Shown: positions 31,360 through 37,415 of the stretch, one piece after another | Layout: every line of letters begins with the position of its first letter | Numbering within the stretch: the first letter of the stretch is position 1 | DNA from: a virus | DNA length: 64,000 nt | Reading direction: 5' to 3' (one strand) | IMG/VR virus record: IMGVR_UViG_3300021964_000041 | Location: 1 to 64,000 of that record | The notes under the pieces: model-generated | Database searches by the model: none | Seen by the model: the letters and a program-made list of their open reading frames with translations, nothing else | Told to the model about the DNA's origin: nothing | Made by a program: the position numbers and the translations under genes

Positions 31360-32211
31360 ATGAAAAGAACGAAATACTTAACAAATAAAGATCTACTATC
31401 AGAGATTCATATCAGCAAGTGTACTTATTGCTCGTTTGTAGACGACGAACATGCACAACATGACATAATTTTACCGAGTTTAGAGAAAATTAACAGACTT
31501 AGTGTTGCACAGGCAAAACGTAATAGAGCCGATAGAATCGGTAAAGCCGCATATGAAAAAGCAAAAGAAGAAAAAAGAAAAGTAAAACAAGCAGATGTGC
31601 TTCCAGATTGGAAGAAAATTGAAAAAACAGACTTGATTTTTAGAATTATGACGTTTGATCATGTTCCACTAGAGCCGGGACGTAAACGAAAAACAAAAAC
31701 TGTGGCTGACGAACATACAAAGGTTAACTTTCCTCCATTCCAGCATTGGAAATATGACGAAAACGATAACTTGATTTGTGTGGGTAAAAGCCACTGGCAG
31801 GGTGGTATTCACAATGGACACTTTAACAAGGACCACGGCCGTATGACTGAACAACTAGGACGTATGTTCTTAAAACTTGCTGATCGTTATGGTACACGAA
31901 GCAACTGGCGTGGTTACACTTACAATGATGAGATGAGAGCACAGGCTGTGCTACAACTTTCACAGATTGGATTACAGTTTGACGAAAGCAAAAGTTTAAA
32001 TCCATTTGCTTATTACACCGCCGCAGTTACAAATTCATTTACTAGGGTATTGAACATTGAAAAGAAAAATCAAAACATTCGTGATGATATCTTACAAGAA
32101 AACGGTTTGAACCCATCATTCACTAGACAGAATGAGGAAGTGTTTAAAGAAGACAAAGAAAAACTTGCAGAGTTCTACAAAAATATGAGACGCCCAAAAG
32201 CGGACTATTAA
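31360..32211 (+). CDS. gp55: Late-transcription sigma factor, T4 gp55-like
   Basis: YLTNKDLL N-terminus; NWRGYTYNDEM...QFDESKSLNPFAYYTAAVTNSF.R....EKK; adjacent to gp47/gp46 as in T4-like phages. Confidence 0.85.
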   Translation: MKRTKYLTNKDLLSEIHISKCTYCSFVDDEHAQHDIILPSLEKINRLSVAQAKRNRADRIGKAAYEKAKEEKRKVKQADVLPDWKKIEKTDLIFRIMTFDHVPLEPGRKRKTKTVADEHTKVNFPPFQHWKYDENDNLICVGKSHWQGGIHNGHFNKDHGRMTEQLGRMFLKLADRYGTRSNWRGYTYNDEMRAQAVLQLSQIGLQFDESKSLNPFAYYTAAVTNSFTRVLNIEKKNQNIRDDILQENGLNPSFTRQNEEVFKEDKEKLAEFYKNMRRPKADY

Positions 32212-32213
32212 GG

Positions 32214-32242
32214 TTGACAAAACTTTTTTAATTTCGTATAAT
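32214..32242 (+). promoter_or_regulatory. Consensus sigma70 (early) promoter TTGACA-N17-TATAAT
   Basis: TTGACA 32214-19, 17-nt spacer, TATAAT 32237-42, AAGGA SD upstream of gp47. Confidence 0.9.
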
Positions 32243-32267
32243 GTTGTAGATCAGTATAAGGAAAGGC

Positions 32268-33290
32268 ATGACACAATTATTTAAAAAGGCCGCTGTGTTT
32301 ACAGATATTCACTTTGGTCTTAAATCGAATTCAAAAATACACAATGACGATTGCGAACGTTTTGTAGATTGGTACATCGAAACAGCCAAAGCAAATGGCT
32401 GTGATGTGGGCCTATTTACAGGCGACTGGCATCATAATAGAAGTGCATTAAATTTAACCACAATGGACGCTAGTTTACGTTCACTGGAAAAACTAGGTGC
32501 GGCTTTTGATAAGTTTTACTTCTTCCCAGGCAATCATGATTTGTATTACAAAGACAAAAGAGAAATTCATTCTGTAGTATTTGGTAAACACGTACCAGGT
32601 GTTACTGTGGTTAATGAACCAATGATTATAGACAATGTTGGTTTAGTTCCATGGTTGGTTGGAGAAGAGTGGAAAAATGTTGTAAAAATGAAGTGCAAAT
32701 ATATGTTTGGTCACTTTGAACTTCCGCACTTTAAAATGAATGCTATGGTAGAAATGCCAGATACAGGTGAAGTTAAAGCCTCAGACTTTAAGAATCAAGA
32801 ACTAGTTTTTAGTGGTCATTTCCATAAACGTCAAACACAAAATAATATCCATTACATCGGCAACGCCTTTCCACACAATTATGCTGATGCTTGGGATGAC
32901 GAACGTGGTATGATGATACTTGAATGGGACGGTCAGCCAAAATATGTTGATTGGCCAGACTGTCCTAAGTATCGAACTGTAAAACTTTCACAGTTACTAG
33001 ATAATACAGAAAGCATTTTATCGCCTAATAATTTATATCTACGTGTTACACTTGATATTGATATTAGTTACGAAGAAGCAAATTTTATTAAAGAAAACTT
33101 TACTGCACAATATGATGTACGTGAAATTAGTTTGCTACCAAACACAGAAGAAAATGACGAAGCACTAACACTTGAACGTGGAGAAATTGAATTTGAAAGT
33201 GTAGATCAAATTGTTACTGATCAAATTACAAAAATACAAAGCGAGCAGTACAGACCAAATACACTTTTAGATATCTATAGGAATTTATAA
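32268..33290 (+). CDS. gp47: Recombination endonuclease subunit, Mre11/SbcD-like
   Basis: Metallophosphoesterase motifs DIHFG, GDWHH, GNHD, GHFE, SGHFH. Confidence 0.92.
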   Translation: MTQLFKKAAVFTDIHFGLKSNSKIHNDDCERFVDWYIETAKANGCDVGLFTGDWHHNRSALNLTTMDASLRSLEKLGAAFDKFYFFPGNHDLYYKDKREIHSVVFGKHVPGVTVVNEPMIIDNVGLVPWLVGEEWKNVVKMKCKYMFGHFELPHFKMNAMVEMPDTGEVKASDFKNQELVFSGHFHKRQTQNNIHYIGNAFPHNYADAWDDERGMMILEWDGQPKYVDWPDCPKYRTVKLSQLLDNTESILSPNNLYLRVTLDIDISYEEANFIKENFTAQYDVREISLLPNTEENDEALTLERGEIEFESVDQIVTDQITKIQSEQYRPNTLLDIYRNL

Positions 33291-35071
33291 TGTTTAAAAT
33301 TAAAACTTTAACAGTTAAAAACTTCATGAGTGTTGGAAACACAACACAAGCAGTTGATTTTTATAAAAACTTCTTGACCCTTGTGCTAGGTGAAAATATG
33401 GACCTAGGCGGTGATGATGCAGGGTCACGTAATGGTACAGGTAAGACTACTATTATTAATGCACTAAGTTATGCACTGTACGGTGAAGCACTTACAAAAA
33501 TTCGTAAAGAAAATCTAATTAACAAAACCAACGGCAAAGACATGTTGGTTACTGTTGAATTTGAAAAAGAAGGACGTTCATATCGTATTGAGCGTGGTAG
33601 AAGAAAAAACGTATTGAAATTTTATATCAACGATGTTGATTCGACTGCTGATGATATAGATGAATCACAAGGCGATTCACGTAAAACGCAGGAAGAAATA
33701 GAACGACTTTTGAACATGAGTCATGGTATGTTCAAACACTTGGTGGCACTTAATACCTATACAGAGCCTTTCCTATCTCTCAGTAATAACGCACAACGCG
33801 AAATTATTGAACAGTTGTTAGGTATCACCATTCTGTCTGAAAAAGCGGAGAACCTCAAGGAGCAACAGAAACAGGTCCGTGACAATATTACTGAAGAAGA
33901 TGCTCGCATTAGAGGAGTCGAAAGTGCAAACAAGGCTGTACAGGAATCCATTAATGCCCTTGAAATTAAAAGCAAGGCTTGGGACGCTTCACAGGCAGAA
34001 GAAATTTCACGACTGAGCAAAGCAATTATGCAACTGATTCAAGTCGATATTGATGCTGAAATTGATGCATTTACAAAGTTAAGTGATTGGGAAACTAAAA
34101 ATAACGAACTGTCAAACTTGCAAAAAGAAAAAGCAAGTTTAGAAGCATCACTACAACGTGCAGAAAGACAGCACAAAAAATATGAACAAGAATTAAAAGA
34201 CATCAAAAGCAAAAAATGTTTTACTTGCGGTCAAGAATTACATGACGAATCACATGCGGATTTGTTAAAAGAAAAAGAAAATGATCATAAAGAAAGCGAA
34301 ACATACATACAAGGCGTTGCACTGCAACTTGAAGAATGTTTAGGAAAAATAGATGCTATTGGTGATCTAGATAGCAAACCGCAAACATTTTATGAAACTG
34401 CGGAAGAAGCATACAATCATAAAAACAATCTTGCAACACTAGAAGATAGAAAAAAAGAAAAAGAAGAAGAAACTAATCCTTACACAGAACAAATGAATGA
34501 ATTGCAAGATACAGCAATTAAAGAGATTTCGTGGGATTATATGAACGATCTGCAGAACATGAAAGCACACATGGACTTTTTATATAAACTGCTTACAAGC
34601 AAAGATTCATTTATTCGTAAACGTATTATTGATCAAAACCTTGCTGTATTAAATAAGCGTCTAGCGTACTATTTAGAAAAGACAGGATTGCCACATCAAG
34701 TACGATTCCAGAACGATTTAACGGTAGAAATTACAGAACTAGGACGCGACTTAGACTTTGATAACCTCAGTAGAGGAGAACGAAATAGACTCATCTTAAG
34801 CATGAGTTGGTCGTTCCGTGATGTTTGGGAAAGTCTATATCAAAGCATTAATTTGCTGTTTATTGATGAACTTATTGATAGTGGTATGGATGCCGCTGGT
34901 GTAGAAAGTTCTATAGGAATATTGAAAAAAATGGCTCGTGAACGTAACAAAAACATCTATCTTATTTCACACAAAGATGAACTAAGTTCAAGGGTCAACA
35001 ACATATTAAAAGTAGTCAAAGAAAACGGCTTTACAAGTTATGCTACTGATACTGAGGTAGTAGATGTCTAA
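33290..35071 (+). CDS. gp46: Recombination ATPase subunit, Rad50/SbcC-like
   Basis: Walker A NGTGKTT, coiled coil with CFTC zinc hook, signature LSRGE, Walker B LLFIDE, ISHK. Confidence 0.93.
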   Translation: MFKIKTLTVKNFMSVGNTTQAVDFYKNFLTLVLGENMDLGGDDAGSRNGTGKTTIINALSYALYGEALTKIRKENLINKTNGKDMLVTVEFEKEGRSYRIERGRRKNVLKFYINDVDSTADDIDESQGDSRKTQEEIERLLNMSHGMFKHLVALNTYTEPFLSLSNNAQREIIEQLLGITILSEKAENLKEQQKQVRDNITEEDARIRGVESANKAVQESINALEIKSKAWDASQAEEISRLSKAIMQLIQVDIDAEIDAFTKLSDWETKNNELSNLQKEKASLEASLQRAERQHKKYEQELKDIKSKKCFTCGQELHDESHADLLKEKENDHKESETYIQGVALQLEECLGKIDAIGDLDSKPQTFYETAEEAYNHKNNLATLEDRKKEKEEETNPYTEQMNELQDTAIKEISWDYMNDLQNMKAHMDFLYKLLTSKDSFIRKRIIDQNLAVLNKRLAYYLEKTGLPHQVRFQNDLTVEITELGRDLDFDNLSRGERNRLILSMSWSFRDVWESLYQSINLLFIDELIDSGMDAAGVESSIGILKKMARERNKNIYLISHKDELSSRVNNILKVVKENGFTSYATDTEVVDV

Positions 35072-35294
35072 AGGCCCAACAACACATGAACTATTAATCC
35101 AAGCAATTATGGATTACTATAACATGAATGAACGTTGGGAAGCAAAAGGCTTTGATGAAAACGGTCGTAAAGTACGTTCTATACTAAGCGATATTAGAAG
35201 GCTATGCACACAAAGGCGATACGAAGTACAGGATAGGCGCAAGGATCTTAAGGCAAAAAAGAAGCAAAATCAGAATCAAGACACTGAAAATTAG
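35064..35294 (+). CDS. Small basic helical protein, possibly Hc1 (histone H1-like) family
   Basis: 76 aa. NERWEAKG...GRKVRSILSDIRRLCTQRRYEVQ resembles the KG.KAAG.RARK.L pattern; K/R-rich C-terminus. Confidence 0.5.
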   Translation: MSKGPTTHELLIQAIMDYYNMNERWEAKGFDENGRKVRSILSDIRRLCTQRRYEVQDRRKDLKAKKKQNQNQDTEN

Positions 35295-35301
35295 GCATCG
35301 G

Positions 35302-35307
35302 TAAGTA
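35302..35307 (+). promoter_or_regulatory. Variant late promoter TAAGTA-N5-ATG
   Basis: catcggTAAGTA-tcact-ATG(35313). Same N5 spacing as the TAAATA sites, same CATCGG prefix as the site at 39655-39666, no SD. Confidence 0.55.
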
Positions 35308-35312
35308 TCACT

Positions 35313-35744
35313 ATGGAGTGGACTTATCAGGGCAAAAAAGTACAAGAACTTCCCGCAGATTGCGAAGGATTTGTATACCTGATTACTAACACTACCAACA
35401 ATCGCAAGTACGTAGGCAAAAAACTCGCAAAATTCAAAACCACTAAGCCACCTCTCAAAGGCAAGAAAAACAAACGACGAGGCACAAAGGAATCAGATTG
35501 GAGAGACTATTGGGGATCTTCAGATCATCTAAATGCTGATGTTAAAAAATTAGGGCCAGAAAACTTCACAAGAGAAATTTTATACTATTGCAACAGCAGA
35601 GGCATAATGAGTTACCTTGAGGCTAGAGAACAATTTGAACGCCGTGTGTTAGAGACGGATGAGTATTACAATGGAATTATTAATGTTAGAGTTGGCAGTT
35701 CAAAAATTCTCAAAGAAGCACTAGAAAATCTAAAGGCAATATAA
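35313..35744 (+). CDS. Stand-alone GIY-YIG (Seg-like) endonuclease domain protein
   Basis: GFVYLITNTTNNRKYVGKK (GIY..YIG), YWGSS, FTREIL...YLEAREQF (catalytic-type Glu), YYNG (conserved Asn). 143 aa with no C-terminal DNA-binding domain. Confidence 0.85.
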   Translation: MEWTYQGKKVQELPADCEGFVYLITNTTNNRKYVGKKLAKFKTTKPPLKGKKNKRRGTKESDWRDYWGSSDHLNADVKKLGPENFTREILYYCNSRGIMSYLEAREQFERRVLETDEYYNGIINVRVGSSKILKEALENLKAI

Positions 35745-36182
35745 CAGCACATAAGGTTGGCGGGCCAGTTTGCAAATACCGCTGAGTAAAAGGTCCCCTG
35801 AGAAGGACACTCGTACACATTGATCGACCCCCCATGGGAGGAAGCCAACAAACAAATTGGGCTCACTGGTTAATGTAGATTGAATGCTGTCAGTCGAAAA
35901 CACATGTGTTTGAAAAAACTCCACGCAACGGAACGAGGCGGGAGGTAGCGTAGAAGACCGCGAAGCGGTTTGCGGTAGCAAAGCGATTTGTAAAGCAGTT
36001 TTTTACGTGATGTCGACGTAGGTAGGGGAAAGGTCAGAGCCCCACAAACAGGTGTATAAACAAAATACCTACTTCCAAGTCTTGGCTGTGACGAACTCAC
36101 ATGATGTTCAAGATTAGATGGAACCATAAACAGGTTCCGTCTGACTGAAACAATCTACATGATGCTAAATTGCTTCGCAATT
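35745..36182 (+). ncRNA. Candidate large structured non-coding RNA (~430 nt; further hairpins to 36250)
   Basis: Longest ORF-free gap in the window; ~46% GC by hand count, visibly above the AT-rich flanks. More than 10 helices, including the long-range ATGTAGATTG(35873-82)/CAATCTACAT(36151-60). G-U pairs favour the + strand. Confidence 0.75.
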
Positions 36183-36206
36183 ATCTTTCATATATAAAGG
36201 AATAAA

Positions 36207-36250
36207 TGTGTTCGAGCGATAGCGATAACACAGATGAACGTAGTTCATCT
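36207..36250. terminator. Tandem hairpins between convergent units (possible terminator or processing site)
   Basis: TGTGTT(36207-12)/AACACA(36227-32); AGATGAAC-GTA-GTTCATCT(36232-50). No clear U-tract. Confidence 0.4.
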
Positions 36251-36256
36251 ACTAAC

Positions 36257-36451
36257 TTAATAAATTGCTTTTCCTGTTTTTTTAGATAGTTCAGAATTCT
36301 CTTTGATTAATTCGAATATGTATTTGCGTTGATCCCATGTAAGGTTGTAAGCATCGTTAAGATTGATACCACCTCTCATGTACCATAATATTTCCATTAG
36401 ATTCTTTTCGATGGCTTCTGACTCGTCTTCTAGTTTTTTGACGATCTCCAT
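36257..36451 (-). CDS. Baseplate hub / tail assembly chaperone C-terminal module (gp51-like), probably expressed as a -1 frameshift extension of the upstream gene
   Basis: LWYMRGGINLNDAYNLTWDQRKYIFELIKEN; no SD before the ATG; its frame stays open upstream through the slippery site at 36499-36490. Confidence 0.7.
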   Translation of the reverse strand: MEIVKKLEDESEAIEKNLMEILWYMRGGINLNDAYNLTWDQRKYIFELIKENSELSKKTGKAIY

Positions 36452-36483
36452 TACTTGGTCAGAGTCCGTGCATTGGCTTACGG

Positions 36484-37335
36484 TTATACGAAAAAATTTA
36501 CGTTATTCAAAAATACTGGAACACTTATAGTAGTTGGTGCTCCTTGATCCACTAAAGGTTGTGGCACTGTGACTTTTTGTACAGGAATATCAAACTTGCT
36601 TCGATTGCTTATTAAAAAGTCTCTAATAGCATTAAACAGTTCGCGATCTGAATCTGCTAGGAACTGCGTGATATTTGTAGGATTTGTTTCTTCACCTTCA
36701 GGTGTTGTTATTTTAACTATTTGTTTTGCTACAACATCAATGTTATTCATGCTGGCTTTATCGAGTATTTCCTGCATTACTTGTTTTCTTTTATCTTGAG
36801 GTAGTGTTTTATCGCTTAGTATATTGATAAAACGCTGTGTTTCAAACGTTTCGATATCAAAAAAGTTTTGATGCTTTAGTTTAAGTGGTAATAGATGAAA
36901 AGTAAGTTCATCATATGTAAATGTATCCTGCCATACTTGCGATTTTATACCGTCTAGCACTTCTGGAAGGCTTATTTCTACTTTTAGTTCTTCGTCCTCT
37001 ACTTTTGGAACTTTAACATCCATTTCCAGTTTTTCGCCGGTGGTTGCAATTCTAATAGCAATTAGTATTGCGTCCATATCAATGCTTGGAATATCCCATG
37101 GATCATCAATTAAAGGCACACAACTTTTAATAACTTCCGCTACTGCGTCTCCATTCATCAGTGCGTCAGGAGTTCTAAAGATCAATTCATCCTTAGCGGT
37201 CATGCTTAAAATAGGAATTTCACCCGTGCCTGAGCGTTCACAAGGATTATTCTTGTAAAATTTACCACCGCTAGGCAAAGTAAGGTAGATTTTTGGTGTT
37301 CTACTGTACTTGCTTAATATATTGTTTTGGTCCAT
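36484..37335 (-). CDS. gp26: Baseplate hub assembly chaperone, gp26-like
   Basis: 283 aa. PKIYLTLPSGG...MTAKDEL...IKSCVP...DMDAILIAIRIATTGE; ends NFFV. Confidence 0.75.
   Translation of the reverse strand: MDQNNILSKYSRTPKIYLTLPSGGKFYKNNPCERSGTGEIPILSMTAKDELIFRTPDALMNGDAVAEVIKSCVPLIDDPWDIPSIDMDAILIAIRIATTGEKLEMDVKVPKVEDEELKVEISLPEVLDGIKSQVWQDTFTYDELTFHLLPLKLKHQNFFDIETFETQRFINILSDKTLPQDKRKQVMQEILDKASMNNIDVVAKQIVKITTPEGEETNPTNITQFLADSDRELFNAIRDFLISNRSKFDIPVQKVTVPQPLVDQGAPTTISVPVFLNNVNFFV
36490..36499 (-). other. Putative programmed -1 ribosomal frameshift site (A AAT TTT TTC)
   Basis: Two overlapping X XXY YYZ heptamers in the correct phase, one sense codon before the stop; the -1 frame leads into ORF 36451-36257. 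Confidence 0.7.
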
Positions 37336-37347
37336 ATTTTTCTCAAA

Positions 37348-37353
37348 TAAATA
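37348..37353 (+). promoter_or_regulatory. Late promoter core TAAATA for the tape-measure gene
   Basis: Intergenic, 62 nt before ATG 37416; GAGGA SD present. Confidence 0.55.
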
Positions 37354-37378
37354 AAACTACAATAATATGTAGCAATAG

Positions 37379-37386
37379 TATTTATA
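37379..37386 (-). promoter_or_regulatory. T4-consensus late promoter TATAAATA for the gp26-like gene
   Basis: + strand tatttata at 37379-86. Confidence 0.7.
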
Positions 37387-37415
37387 TACGTACTTTATAG
37401 AGGATTTAAAAAAGA

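Noticed and set aside
35666-36127. Three short minus-strand ORFs (66, 83, 85 aa) over the non-coding element
   Set aside because: They overlap each other and the GIY-YIG gene, lack SD or promoter and have atypical composition; better explained as by-products of a GC-richer structured RNA.
35313-36256. Group I intron with a GIY-YIG homing endonuclease
   Set aside because: No interrupted host gene (upstream ORF ends normally, downstream gene is convergent), and I could not find the canonical P7 R/S sequences in the right order. A degenerate intron derivative cannot be excluded without a covariance-model search.
35745-36256. tRNA, tmRNA, canonical RNase P RNA or CRISPR array
   Set aside because: No cloverleaf with a TTCGA T-loop and CCA end, no tag-reading frame, RNase P conserved regions not in proper spacing, no repeat-spacer periodicity.
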